Source: Azolla caroliniana (lineage: Eukaryota; Plantae; Polypodiophyta). From it: a DNA stretch of 64,000 bases. The translations under genes and the position numbers were made by a program. A model generated the notes under the pieces. The model was not told the DNA's origin, searched no databases, and was given only the letters and a program-made list of their open reading frames with translations. The stretch is taken from the NCBI GenBank assembly GCA_043228905.1, contig JBHGNT010000015.1, positions 13,764,001-13,828,000 on the forward strand, written 5' to 3'. Shown here piece by piece: positions 50,870-64,000 of the stretch; positions within the stretch are counted from its first letter, which is position 1, and each line of letters opens with the position of its first letter.

Positions 50870-53800
50870 GCAATGGAAAGCTAGGGAAGTTAATTCTAAG
50901 AGTATTTTCGTGTTCCCATGTGGCATCTTTGATAGATTTATCCATCCATTTAATTTTAAATTCTCAGATTATTTTAGAATGCAATTTTTCTGTTTTAACA
51001 TCGAGAATTCATTCTGGTACATGTGGTTTAGAAGATTACTCTTCGGAAGTAACCAGAGTTTAAATTGTCATTGTATTGTTGCCAGAACCAAGAAGTTCTT
51101 TTAGACGACTTACATGAAAAATTGCATGGATTTCAACACCATCAGGAAGAGCAAGACGATAGGTTGATGTACCAATCGTTTGAGGATTGTAAAAGGTCCA
51201 CAAAACAGTGGGGCTAACTTAGCGCACTTACCCGTAGACGATGTCTTAGAATTGTGAGGTACATGTAAAAATACCTTCTGTCTAGAGTTGAATACACGAG
51301 GTTGCCTATTATGATCGACATAAAAACGGGCTCTATCTTGAGTAGTTTTTATATTATCTCATGCAATATGCAACATATCTTGCATATTCCGAAGAAAGTT
51401 TTGCGTACTTCACAACTCATCATGATGTATATTAACATCAATCGGGGCTCGTGGTTGAAAACCATACATCAACATAAAAGGACTATATCCCATCGATGTA
51501 TGTTTGGAGTTGTTATAAGCAAACTCCAATATTGGGAGATAACGTTCCCATTTTGTTGGTTTTGCACCAACGTATGCTCGAAGCATGTCCTCAATAATTT
51601 GATTTACTCATTCTGTCTGTCCATCGGATTGAGATTGATCCATGGAGCTCATGCTCAATGTAGTTTCTAACTTCTTAAAGACTTGCATCCAAAAGTCGCT
51701 AGTAAACTTTGGATCTCTATCACTCACGATATCCATCGGTAACCCATAAAAACAAATAACTCATCAACGAATTGGTAATCCAATTCAGGTGTTGTTAACG
51801 TGGTTTTAATAGCAATAAATCTGGCCATTTTAGTTAGTCTATCAACCACAACCTAGATGGCATCATGACCTTTTTGGGTGCGAGGAAGGCTAACAATAAA
51901 ATCCATGGATACACTTTCCCACTTATTATTGAGAATGTCCAAGGGATGTAAAAGTCCAACGGCTTGAAGTCGCTCGACTTTGTTAACCTGACACTGGTGA
52001 CATTTAGTCACATAGCTATGTATGTCAAGACGCATCTTCACTAATAGAATTGAGTGGAGATGAGAACGAGTGTGCAATGTATTCCAAGGTGCCCGGCTGA
52101 GGGTGCATCATGGCATTCAAAGAGAATTCTCTTTTTGACCTCAGGCAAATGTGGAACACAAACCTTCCCATTGCGGTAGAGCAGACCGTTAGCAATGTGG
52201 AAGGATTCCTTCGAGGATGTGGTGGTGTATGTTCCAGACTCAACTCTTGTCCAATATTTCGCAAAATAACTATCATCAAGATACTTTCCTCGAAGGTGAT
52301 CATAAAGATTTGATGTTATTTCAGTGAAGCTAAGCATGTTAACTTCATGGATGTGACTTAGTGCATCAGTGATAGTGTTCATGGAACCTTTACTATATCA
52401 TATGGAAAAATCAAAGTCTTGGATGAGATTTTCCCATCGTGCCTTACGACCTTAAGGTCTTGTTGGTCACAAAAATACTTCAAGGACTTGTGGTCCATAG
52501 TTACCACAAAACGATTTCCATAAAGATAGTGGCGCCATGACTTTAGCACATGAATAACTACAAATAATTACTTTTCTTGAACGGTATACCGACATTGAGT
52601 AGAATCAAGTTTCTTTCTCTCGAATGTTATTAATTTACCATCTTGATATAAGACAACACCTATAGCATAATCGCTTGCATCAGTTTCAACTTGAAAAGGT
52701 TTTGAAGGATCTGGTAAAAGAAGCAAAGGAGCCTTGCACACCAGGTCCTTGAGTTCCTTAAAGGCAAGGTCTAGTGTAGCATTTCACACAATTGGTTTTG
52801 TAGACTTACGCGTTTGACCAAGCTTTTAGAATATCAGTAAACAACGTTGTCAATTGGGAGTAATTACGAAGAGATTTTCACAAAAACCCATCCAAACCAA
52901 GGAATGATCGAACTTCTCGAATATTCCGAAGAGTGAACCAAAGTTTGATTTTCTTGATGCGAGAAGGATCAATTTCAACTCCTCGTTCGGTTATGAGATG
53001 TCCAAGATAAGTAATTGATTTCTTGAAGAACTCACATTTTGAGATATTCGCGTAAAATTGTTTGTCACGCAATGTTTGTAAAACAAAGCGAAAATGTTTA
53101 ACATGTTCTTCTAATGTATGGCTATAAACTAGAATATCATCCAAGAAAATAATGACAAATTTTCCAAGTTGTTCTCGAAAGATGTCATTCATTTCTTGTT
53201 AAAATGTGGCCGTAACATTAGTCAAACTGAAAGGCATGACCAAAAACTTGTAATTTGGCCATAATGCGTACAAAGTGTTGTTTTAGGAACATCTTCCCCA
53301 CTTATACGAATTTGATGATAGCTTGTACGGAGATCAAGTTTCGTAAAATACTGAGCTCCTTGGAGATGGTCAATTAGGTCGTCAGGCCGGAGCAATGGAT
53401 ATGAATTCTTGATCATCACTTTATTCAAGCGTCGGTAATTAATACACATACGCCATGTGCCCTCTTTTCTTTTTTACTAAGAGAACAGGTGCACCCCATG
53501 GAGATTTACTATAACGTATATAAATCATCCGTAAATAGTCCTTGAGTTGCTTAGATACCTCATCCTCTTCGGATCGACTTAAGCGATAAGGAGGTATACT
53601 TATTGGTGCAACGCCAGGTACAATATCCATACGATGGTCTATATTAGGTTTAGGAGGTAACCCATATGGTAGTTCACTCGGAAAAACATCACAAAAACCA
53701 TTTAAGATTTCTTCGAGTTGTTGTTGTTCAAAATATGATAATTGACCCGAGACATTATCGATATTATAAGCGTGAATGTTTGGATCAAGTACATAATAAA

Positions 53801-54280
53801 ATAAAGAAGAACAAGACAACTCAGATATTGATGGCAAGGAAACAATCGAAAGAGATTGTTTATTTACAGATTGAATAAAATGAGTACAATCGGTTAGTAC
53901 AAAAGTAATTGAATGTTGAACCCAATCAATAGATAAAGAAGAGTTTTTAAATTAAAAAACCAGGGATAACCCAATATTACATCAATGGTACAAAGATTCA
54001 TTACTTAGAAGTCTATTTCCTCTATATAAGTATTAATAGAAATTCCTAATGAATGAATCGCCCCGTTGATGTATTGTACTCTTCTTTCAGCCAAGTGCAC
54101 CTTATAGGTGTGATCACTTACGATGGATTGGATTCCCCATATTGAAACCAAACGATCATTCACAAAATTGTGTGAGCTTCACGAATCAAATAAAAATTGT
54201 ACGGGAGATCCATTGATATACTCGTTTGCACGTAGTAACTCATTGGGTCCCAATACATAGTGAGCGAAAGAACTTTTACA
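50870..54280 (-). pseudogene. Chromovirus pol (PR-RT-RH-INT-chromodomain), many stops and frameshifts
   Basis: SPWGAPVLLVKKK, CINYRRLN, FTKLDLRTSYHQI, IFLDDILVYS, QVETDASDYAIG, ILFECHD, KWESVSMDFI, and chromodomain KWMDKSIKDATWE near 50910-50950. Confidence 0.9.
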
Positions 54281-54525
54281 ATTACTTAAATGATGTGTAT
54301 AGACATGAAGGACATTAGGAATCTAACCTTTATGGTCTGCAGCTTTTGTTTTGTTGTCGTGCTCTTGCCATTGGAGCTTTCAACATTGCTCTTTTGTATG
54401 AACCTTGTTTTTGCGGAATACACAAAAGGATGTTGTCGCTTACAATCGCGATCCATGAATTCATTGGGTGTCTTGCGTTTCCCAGCGAATTGCGATTGCT
54501 TAGTCACGAGTGCTTCGTTGGGTTT

Positions 54526-57500
54526 TGTTGAGAATCAAGCTCAACTTGGGCTAGTGTGTGAACTCACCTTGAGAGTGAATAGACACTCCAATGGTCAAGA
54601 GTCACCATTATGTCACCACTTTGTATTCTAGCATTTAGTATGAGTCATAGAATCATATTCTATGACACATAACTTATGAGCTTTCACATTCCCCATGCTC
54701 CATGAGTCTTGTAGTTAATGAAGAGAGAGGGTGACTATATAAAGCACCCTCCTCCCACCTTGTATAATGTTGAGTCTTTCTCCTTTGTTAATATACTTTA
54801 CTTTGCGTATTCTCGGTGTCTTACTCCTTGTCTCTCTCACTCACTCACTCTCTCTCTCTCTCTCACACACACACACAGTTCATATCTATTCCGCTACACA
54901 AAATCTATCTCTTGATTCTTTACATGGTATCAGAGCGGTTTGGTAGCTCCATCTAGCCCATCCACGTGTGTTGAGCTCAACACCGACGTTCAAGAAGAAC
55001 CGGCTCATCGCTATTGTAGCTTCGCTACATAGCTCGCATTCGAAGAGAGAAGAAGAAGAAGAAGAAGAAGAAGAAGAATCGACATAATGAATACTCAAAT
55101 GAGGAGTGCTCTCCCTACCGAGAAGTTGGATCGAAACAACTTCGCATCTTGGGAGTACAAGATGCACCAATACCTTGTCGGACAAGGCTATTGGAGCTAC
55201 ATCAAAAGAGTGCACGAAGACTGACCCGTCGAAACGGCTCCCAGAAACGTGACATGGGAGCAAGCCGCAAGCCGCGTGATGTATTGCTTGGCGACATGTG
55301 TTCACAATCACATGCTCGGCTACATTTGCGAAGCCAAGACGCCGAAGGAGGCATGGGAAAGTCTACGAAAGATTTTCGCGGCAAACACAACCGCAAGAAG
55401 GCTTCAACTCCGCCAAGAGTTGAACAACATTCAACAAAGGGACATGTCCATCACGACATACACCTTGAAGATCAAGGAGCTTTGTGACTCGCTCGGCTCA
55501 ATAAGCGTAAATATCGATGATGATGAGATGGTGCAAATATACCTCGGCGGCCTCGCACCACGGTTTGGCACGGTGCGAACCGCCGTTCTAGCAAGGGAGA
55601 AATCTCCCTCCTTCTTCGAGCTCCAATCAATGCTATTGGTCGAAGAAAACCACGTGCGTACAAGGAGCAATGAGTCGGAAGGCCACATGCTCTACACACA
55701 CTCGAACGGAGGAAGAGGACGTGGACCAGCAAGAGGCCGATTTGGCCAAGGACAAGGCGGACGAGGTCCGACCTACGACAACAACTCCCAATTTCGGCCG
55801 CAAAACGGAAGCCAACAAGGAACCTTCGCAAGAAGGGGGAGCTTCCACTCCAGCCCGAGCTGTGAAAACGCAACCGAATGCGGATATTGCGGAAAGCTCG
55901 GCCACCACGAAGAAGAGTGCCGAAAGAAGATGCGCGAATCGGCTTCCACAAGCCGACAACTCACGAATTACGCGCACAATTCCGACTACGAAGAGTATAG
56001 CGGAATGTATGCACACAACTCTGACCGTGGCGGAATGTTCATGATGAAACATAGAGCAAGCTCTATGTCGGCCTCTACCTCAACTAGTGCCCTCAATCCG
56101 GAGGACGTATGGTTTGTTGACTCTGGAGCCTCAAACCATATGACATCTCATAAAGAATGGTTTCTTGAACTTCGAGAGCCGGAGCGATCCGGTTATGTTG
56201 AAACCAGAGATGACACTATGCACCCGATTCGGCACATTGGCAATGTTCCGTTCGGCGAAAGAGGTTAGCAAACATACATTAAAAATGTCTTGCATGTTCC
56301 CACCATCACGAAGAATTTGGTCTCGGTCAGCCAAATGGTTGAGCAAGGGATGCAAGTATGATTCGACCAAGAAGGGTGCTTCATCGAAAAAGAAGGCTGA
56401 ATCATCGCGCGCGGAAGAAGAGAGGGCCGGATGTTCATTCTCGATTCACACGAGATGAAATCCGCCATGTTCGCAAAAAGCACAAAAGTCGACTCCAATA
56501 TAGAGCTATGGCACAAGAGAATCGGCCGCATCAATCTCCACAAACTCAAAGCAATGAAATCGAAAGGAGTCGTCATCAGACTCCCGACATTCAAAGAGAA
56601 GGAGATTGAAGGTGTATGCGAAGCGTGCCAATTCGGCAAGCAACACCGACACCCATTCCCGAAAGAGCGGAACGTGAGCAAAGGCCTACTCGATGTAGTC
56701 CATTCCAACGTATGGGGACCGGCGCAGACGGCAACATTCGGCGGATGCCGATAGTACGTGCTCTTCATTGAAGACTTCTCCAGGCACATGTGGTTCTATC
56801 CGATGCGGCAAAAGAGCGAAGTGTTTAGACACTTCCAAAGGTTTAAAAACGAAGTCGAAAAAGCCACTAGTCGTCATGTCCGATGCCTTCGATCGGATGG
56901 CGGCAAGGAGTACTTCTTGGACGATTTCACGGTGTATCTCCGAAAGGAAGGAATTCAGCGAGAATTCACTTGCCGACACACTCTGCAACAAAACGGAGTA
57001 GACGAGCGCAAAAATCGGCACATCCTCGAAGTAGCGCGGGCCATGATGAACGAGAAGCATATGCCCAAGTCATATTGGGCCAAAGCTGCAAATACGGCCG
57101 TCTACCTAATGAATCGGTGCACAACATCCGGAGTGCACGAGGTCACTCTGCACGAAAAATACTTCAGAAAGAAGCTGGACTTATCACACACCCAGATATT
57201 CGGCGCGATAGCGTACGTGCACATCCCCGATGAGAAGCGTCAAAAGCTTGACCCGAAGTCGGAGAAATGTATCCTCGTAGGATACTCACTAGAGCAAAAG
57301 GGGTACAAGTGCTACAACCCCTCAACTCGAAAATCTCGGGTAAGTCGAGATGTCGTTTTTGACGGGTCCGCATCTTGGTACGCACCAGAGACAACTTCGA
57401 CTCCGACTCCGCTCGACCTGGAATCCGCCGAACAAGAGATAGAGGATGAAGATCGCCTTATGCGCATGTTCGAAGAAAGTTCGATCACGACCCGACTGAG

Positions 57501-58860
57501 CGGATCACAAGAGCCTTTGAGCGATCAAAGCACATCACAGCCTAGCCCGAAGATGGACAAAGGCAAGGCGAAAATGACGGAATATGAAGACGATCGCTTC
57601 AACGACGATGAGTCGACTCACTCACTCGACAGTGAGTTCGGCGGCTTCGATGTACCAATCGGACCTAAGAAAGCCTTCATCTCTGCAAATGAAAAGCTCC
57701 GCCGCTCCACCCGTGAAAAGAATCCGGTCAGCCGATTCAGCTACAACGACTACATGGCATATCACTATGCCTTTATGATGAAGGTGGCGACCGTACGCGA
57801 GCAGGAAACATTTGCTGAAGCAGCCAAGGATCCGCGATGGATCGAAGCCATGAATGAGGAGATGTAGGCACTATGCAAGAATGAGACGTGGGATCTCGTT
57901 CCCACCTCACCACACAAAAAGGCGATCGGATGCAGATGGATTTACAAAGTGAAGTACAACGCCGACGGTCCGTCAACCGCTACAAAGCGTGACTCGTAGC
58001 AAAAGGCTACGCACAAACACACGGCGTTGACTACGAGGAGACCTTTGCCCCGGTGGCAAAGATGATGACGGTACGGACCGTAATTGCGCTTGCCGCGGCG
58101 AAAGGGTGGCACCTCCATCAAATGTACATCAAGAACACCTTTCTACAAGGCGAATTAGAAGAGGAGGTGTACATGATACAACCACCCGACTTCAACTCGA
58201 TCACCCATCCGAAAGTTGTATGCCGACTCAAGAAGCCACCCTACGGCCTCAAGCAAGCACCACGTGCTTGGCAATCGAAGATAATGCACAATATCTTCAT
58301 CAAATCGGCTTCCGTATGTCAAAATCGGACAACTCCCTCTACATACGAAGCGATTCCGCAAGTCCGATCGTCATCATCTTATATGTGAATGACCTAGTCA
58401 TTGGAGATGAGCATCTCATCGAAATCAATAAGGTCAAATCCCTCCTTTCCGACAAGTTCGAGATGACGGACATGAAGGAGCTCCAATACTTCCTCGGCAT
58501 CAAGGTAATTCAGACTCCGGCCGGAACCATGATCTCTCAACGACACTACATCCTCAACTTGTTATACAAGTTTGGTATGGCTGAGTGCAAATCTGCGGCA
58601 ACCCCACTCGATCGCAATTTCAAACTAGATGCGAACTCCGGCACCAAAGTGTGTGAGCCGACTCAATATCGGCAACTCATCGAGAGTCTCATCTACCTCA
58701 CGATCACTCGACCCGATCTCAGTTATCTGGTCGGTCTCCTTAGCCAATTCATGCAAACACTACGTAATACTCACTTGGATTGCGCTAAGCGAGTTCTACG
58801 ATACGTGAGCGGCACAATGGATTGAGGCATCCTCTATAAGACCGCGATGCCAATACGACT
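54526..58860 (+). mobile_element. 3'-truncated Ty1/Copia element inserted into the chromovirus gag
   Basis: 5' LTR 54526-54924 (same family as solo LTR 1311-1763). PBS TGGTATCAGAGC at 54925-54936. Gag knuckle CGYCGKLGHHEEEC, WFVDSGAS, INT (LRSDGGKEY), RT (LYVNDLVI). Several stops; RNase H and 3' LTR missing. Confidence 0.9.
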
Positions 58861-58958
58861 CAAACAAGTTTGTTATGGTCCTTCTTCGAAGTGCGTTGAT
58901 AGCAAAGAACTATTTCAACGACCTCTTCGAAGGATTTGGGATCCTTATTGTGCACTAT

Positions 58959-59655
58959 CTAGTGATAGTCTGAATTGGGGATGCCATTGACAAAACAAGC
59001 TATTAACCAGTTGTCCCCTTCTAGACCCGATTTTTGGATTTGGGTTGTAGCATGGTGAACATAGTCTTTTAGTGAGGAAAACTTCTTGCTAGAGAGGTTC
59101 ATTAAAGCTTGTGTTGCCTCAGTTCGAGATGGAGGTTGCAAAAATTGGCCCCTGAAAATTGTGACAAAATCTGTCCAGTTATCGAGCAATTTTCCCAAAG
59201 TTCGGAGCCCATGCCACCAAGCGGTGCCCTTACCCCCCAGTTCACGGTCGACATATGCAATCTTCGTACTATCTAGCTTGGGATAGAGCTCAAAATGAGA
59301 CCCCCATTGGCCAGGCACGTGCAAATTGCTTCTTCAGTTTTTCCTTTATTTCTCCCGTAAATAGCTTTACGACAAATGATGATTCACCTTGACACTCATT
59401 GGGTATATTAGTATCCCATTCCATACTAATGACACGTGCCTCGAGAGCACTATGAGATTGCCGAAGTTCAGACATCTCGTGCAAGGTAGAATTAAGGAAA
59501 TCTTGTATTTGTAAAAAATACAACTCAATTGGGATTGGCCCAGGAGGATTTCCTTGAATTCCTTCCACTTGTGTGGATGCCATTGGGTTGTTATTATGAG
59601 CCATTGAATGATCATTTCTAGCAAAGAAATAGGATAAGTTCAGACAAATAGTCAT
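58959..59655 (-). pseudogene. Chromovirus gag remnant
   Basis: ORFs 59290-59655 and 58959-59324: KGTAWWHGL...NWTDFVTIFRGQF...SLKDYV...FVNGI, a retrotransposon-gag pattern. Confidence 0.75.
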
Positions 59656-59716
59656 AACATCATGTCGTGATGTCCCTTCTTTACACTCTCATTTAACCCT
59701 CACATTTTATCTATGA

Positions 59717-61181
59717 TGTCGTGATGTTTCTAACACATATTGTGAAACCACCCTTCAAAAGAAGTAAAATAGTAGTTCAAATAAACTAGTATTGTGAAGT
59801 CAACTTTATTGGTAGCAAAAATACTTTTTCATTTGCCACAGATAATTCTTTATAAATAAAAGGTCAAAACATTGAACCTTACTATAAATAATGATGAATA
59901 TTAAATTATAGGCGGTTTTCAAAAGTAGACAAAAGTAGAGAAAAAGATGGGGAGAAAAAGAAGAAGCGCGCGTGGATATGAAGAGCACAGTAGAGAAAAA
60001 AGCTCATAATTTCCTCATCAGATGTCCAAATTAGAAAAGAAAAGATGCATAAGAAATCTAACCCAAAGATATTTCCAAGAATATCTTGCATGTGAAATTT
60101 GGGGCTAGAAAACAAAAATAGTGAGGAAAAGAAAAGTCGACTCATATAGACAAACGTTTTTTTTAGGGTAAAAAGTCAAGCAATCCTAAACCTATAAATA
60201 AGAGCCTATTCTAGTGAAGAAGGGGGGGGGGCGGGGGGGGGGGGGGGAGAGAAGGAACGTGGAAGCTCTACTCAATTGGAAGGCAAAAGAAGAAGGATCA
60301 ACAACATCGAGAGGCATCATCAACAAAGAATCACCTTCTTCTATATTCCACTCTCTTCTTTCCTCCACCTCTCTTCCCCCTTCCTTTATAAATTATCTCT
60401 CATATTCATATGAAACCCGTTGTAAAATTGATTCTTATTTTATAAAAGAATCTATTATATTGTAATAAACTAATGTTTGGTTTCACCTACGTGTCTTATA
60501 TGTTATTGTCATTTGTGCTTATTTGTTTGTGTCTTGTGACAAGGGAGCGTTTCGGGCTTGCCCATGCACCTCTCCTTTCACAAAGGCATTCAAACTTATG
60601 TGTCTTATATGTTATTGTCATTTGTGCTTATCTGTTTGTGTGTCTTGTGACAAGGGAGCGTTTCGGGATTGCCCATGCACCTCTCCTTTCACAAAGGCAT
60701 TCAAACTTTCGTGTCTTGCGTGTTAGTGTAAATCTTGCTTGTGTGTTCGTGCGACTGGTGACAAGGGAGCGTTCGGGCTGCCCATGCACCTCTCCTTTCA
60801 CAAAGGCATTCGAAATTGTATCTCCTGTATGTAAACCTTGCTTGTGTGTTCACGTGTCTTGTAAGAATGGAGTGTTCGGGCTTTGCCCATGCACCTCTCT
60901 TTTCACAAAGGCATTTGAAACTTTGTCTCTCATGTGTGTAAGTAAGCCTTTTCCTTGTGTGTCCGTGTGTAAGCCGTCCTCACGTGCATTCGTTCGCCTT
61001 GTGACCAGGGGTTGATTCGGGCTTGCCCATGCACCTCTCCTTTTCACAAACATGTTTGAATACTCGTGCCTTGTTTGTGTAAGACTTCCTTGTGTTGTGC
61101 GTGTGAGCCTTATTTCTTTCCCGTCCATAACCCCAGGGGTTCCGCCTCACGATCCGCACATAGGGACGGATTTTCACGACA
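59717..61181 (+). mobile_element. Solo LTR (about 1.46 kb) inserted in the chromovirus 5' LTR
   Basis: Inverted termini TGTCGTGA...TCACGACA. Host LTR is continuous across it (CACATTTTATCT | ACGTGTATAGAATAC). CCTATAAATA at about 60191, followed by a G-tract and the hairpin array. Confidence 0.8.
60534..61049 (+). repeat. Array of five conserved approx. 50-nt hairpin units with variable GT-rich spacers
   Basis: Consensus TTGTGACAAGGGAGCGTTTCGGGCTTGCCCATGCACCTCTCCTTTCACAA at about 60534, 60645, 60757, 60859 and 60999. Confidence 0.85.
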
Positions 61182-64000
61182 ACGTGTATAGAATACTACG
61201 ACACATTCTCACCATGGGATATGATATGGTCATGCCCGTAACATTTATGGACAATGATCTTATGCCAAAAGCTTGTAAAAGGCTAACATTTTATAGCTAT
61301 CAGGGCTCACTTTTTTATTAATAAATTATCATAATGCACGTCTCTGTTTTTTATTGATCTCCTTCATTACCCTACCAACGCCTTTGCCTTCTCTTCTACT
61401 AGCAATCACAAGGTATAAACTAGATTGTGTGGATGAAAATAAAGTAACATGGTTGATTGTGGCACCTTGAAATAAGGTGCCCACATATAAAGATGCAAAC
61501 AAAGAGTTTGGGCATAAGTCTTCATGGATGTTGATAGTGGTGATACTATTATCACTCAGCAATCACGAGAGAGTTGTTTTTTTCCATCTTGTAAAGAATC
61601 AAGGTGATTCTTGGTGGGAATGACACCATATTGTACTCGTAAGTGTCTTAGTGGGGCATAAATATTGAATTGATATGAGCATATGGTAGCTCATTCGTTC
61701 ACCTTCATTTGATTTATATTTGAGGGAGTATAATCTTTGATGGAAATAGTGGCATACTTTATTAGGAAGATGAGAATTAAGCTTGGAAACATGAAGGTTA
61801 AAACTAATTGGTGGAATGTCATTAATTCTAAGAAGAATGTCAAATGTGTAGGGTTTGAGATAATTAATCAATTATTGACATCTTGGCAGAGTATGTTGAA
61901 CTTTGTACAGTGGCATCCCTCACAAGAAGATGTGTTAATTCATTACTATAAAGAATCAGATATGATTTTGTACATCAGAAGGTGTGTGTATGTGTGTGTG
62001 CGAGAGAGAGAGAGTTATAGAGAAAATCTGAAAATTGTATTAACAAGGGAGTAAGATAACCAATAGTTACAAAGAGTAGGAGAAGGTGCTTATGTCGCCC
62101 TTCTCTCTATGTTCTCTCACTACAACCACCAATTACAAAGGAGGTGGAGACTTAACTATTTACGAAATATGTGACACACTAGTTACTATACTAGGAGGTG
62201 GGGTGTTCACACACTTGAGTATACTAAGGTGTATTCCCACACTAGGGAAGTTGAGTTTGATTCTCAACAATTACAAATGGAGGTTTTGGCAACATCAAGG
62301 TTGTTGGGGTGGGAAGAGCGAAGTACTCCTCGTATGTAACATGATTTATGAAGAAATCAAAACTAATAGAAGCACCGAGCTCAAAGGAACATTAAGAAAA
62401 AGTGGAATATAACAAAACTCCCTTCAAAGATCTAGACCAAAGGGCCACCCCGTTGTGACAAGGGACAAACCTCATTGTTAAAAGCTATAAAAGTCTTTTT
62501 TGGTAACTTTTGTAGCTCTTTTTCCCTCTTGAGTTTTCTCCCCTATGATAACCTAAAGTTAAGCTCTCTTGTCATTTCCTTAATGTTTCACTTAAGTGAG
62601 TAGAGTGAGTAAGGTTAACCTTTTACTTAATCGTTGCTCCTTTCATATGTGTGTTGTAAACTCTTATATTAATTGAGATGGAGTCGACATCAACACATCT
62701 ATTACTTGTTTTTACTTATAAGTGTGTATATGTACTTTTTTAAAGTTCTTAGTACCTCATTATTCCTTTAATTAACCATTAACACAAGGAAGTGTGGGTG
62801 AGAATTCACGATGTTAGGGTTTTCAACTAGAGGCTAAAAAGTTATTGACAGCCACCCATGGCTAGCTCACTATCAATAGGGTGCACATGGTATGAATCCT
62901 TTGGCTCACAACATTGATGTGGAGGAAGAACTTCATTGATCAATAAACGTGTTGTTAGTGTTGCACACCTTGAACGACACAGGAAGATAAACAACCTCTT
63001 AATGTCACAAAGAAGATTAATGGCCTTTTGAAAAACAATCATATTTGAATAGGTTATAGCTAATTTTGGGATAAGTTTCAAGGATTATTATAATTGTTGC
63101 ATGACCCAATTCCTAATTTAGATGGTGGATCTCAAAAACTTAATTGGGGATTTGTTGGAAGCATGAGATTGACTGGGATATCAACAAATGATGTTTATCA
63201 CAATTTGATTGACAAGAATAAGTGGATCGAAGAAAAGGTTATCTATGTATGGGGTTTGCATAAGCCCATTACTTGGTGATTTCATGCAAACATGGGAGGT
63301 TGTTATTCTCAATTGATGCTACAAGCTAAGGTATTAATTTGGAGACTTATGGGAGACTTATGGTTGGAGCTTTACCATTGGGGGACGCATTAAACAAAAG
63401 AAAATTTGTTGGTAGAATGTGTTTCTTTCATTTAGTGGAATTGGAACATAGTAGACATCGATTCTATGCTTGATGACTACAATGGTTTGTAGTGTATCAA
63501 TTTCATGTGGATATCTTTTACTGAATTAGAACTATCTTCATTCAAGTGGGGGTTTGCATTGATGGAGAATAGTGGAGTTCCTCATTTCCAAATTATTTTT
63601 CAAGTTCTTGAGGTATCGGGGGTTGATTCAATTGGAATGTGCCAAATGCCTTCACGTTTGATTTGCAAATTGGGGTGAGGGAATATGTTGTAAAGTTAAA
63701 AAGGACTTCTTTTGTTGCAATTGAAAATGTTAGAGAAGTCACATAATCTCAACAGTGAAGAGAGCTAATTGTGCAAGGTGACAAGTCATCATATTTTTCA
63801 TCTCGAAAATACTTTTAGAATATTTTAAACTTTTTCCAAGTAGATTTCGAGATGCTACCACTCCATGTCACCAAAGTGTCAAAAAGGTATTTCTTGAGGA
63901 CTCAACACTTAATTTCTCTATGATTGAATGTGTTCTCAAATGCATAATATGCTCTCTTTCCCGCATCTAGATGGCGGGTAGCACATTCATTCCATCTATG

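Larger units (their letters stand above)
50405..61243 (-). mobile_element. Old chromodomain-bearing Ty3/Gypsy (chromovirus) with nested Copia and nested solo LTR
   Basis: TSD TTTAT (50400-50404, 61244-61248). 3' LTR 50405-50839 follows PPT AAAGAGGGGGAG on minus. 5' LTR remnant at 59673-59716 plus 61182-61243. Gag 59655-58959 and 54507-54286; decayed pol 54280-50870. Confidence 0.85.

Noticed and set aside
60534-61049. CRISPR array or hammerhead ribozyme (retrozyme) interpretation
   Set aside because: This is a eukaryotic LTR with no cas genes, and the spacers are mutually related and of unequal length. The minus strand has a stem followed by GAAAC but lacks the CUGANGA core (it reads GUGCAUG).
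61931-62786. Possible solo LTR with TGTGTTAAT/ATTAACACA termini
   Set aside because: No matching TSD found and no second copy in the window, so it was left uncalled.

Overview
This is plant nuclear DNA. A spliced IFT46 gene points to a lineage with flagellated sperm, and the large TE-filled introns look fern-like (inference). Three host genes can be reconstructed exon by exon: an organellar lysyl-tRNA synthetase (OVA5-like, +, 19657-34870, 14 exons), a PET100-like cytochrome c oxidase assembly factor (+, 39473-39845) and IFT46 (-, 45160-48406). They lie between two nested LTR-retrotransposon blocks. Block 1 is a young Tnt1/Tork-like Copia (3555-19004, TSD TGTTA) interrupted by an even younger non-chromovirus Gypsy (6675-16628, minus, TSD GGATG). 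That Gypsy carries a large extra ORF (about 965 aa; plant-mobile-domain-like N-terminus plus long coiled coil) with an apparent internal promoter. Block 2 is an old chromodomain Gypsy (50405-61243, TSD TTTAT) holding a truncated Copia and a solo LTR with a five-copy conserved-hairpin array. Solo LTRs, hAT-type MITEs, LINE fragments and tandem repeats fill the introns. Best leads: the accessory ORF with its promoter and the CCGG saturation of both young elements (a possible anti-silencing or methylation-escape system); the CG/CWG-restricted C-to-T decay; the hairpin array; and the match between the Gypsy target site and its own LTR palindrome. All calls were made by eye, with no database searches.
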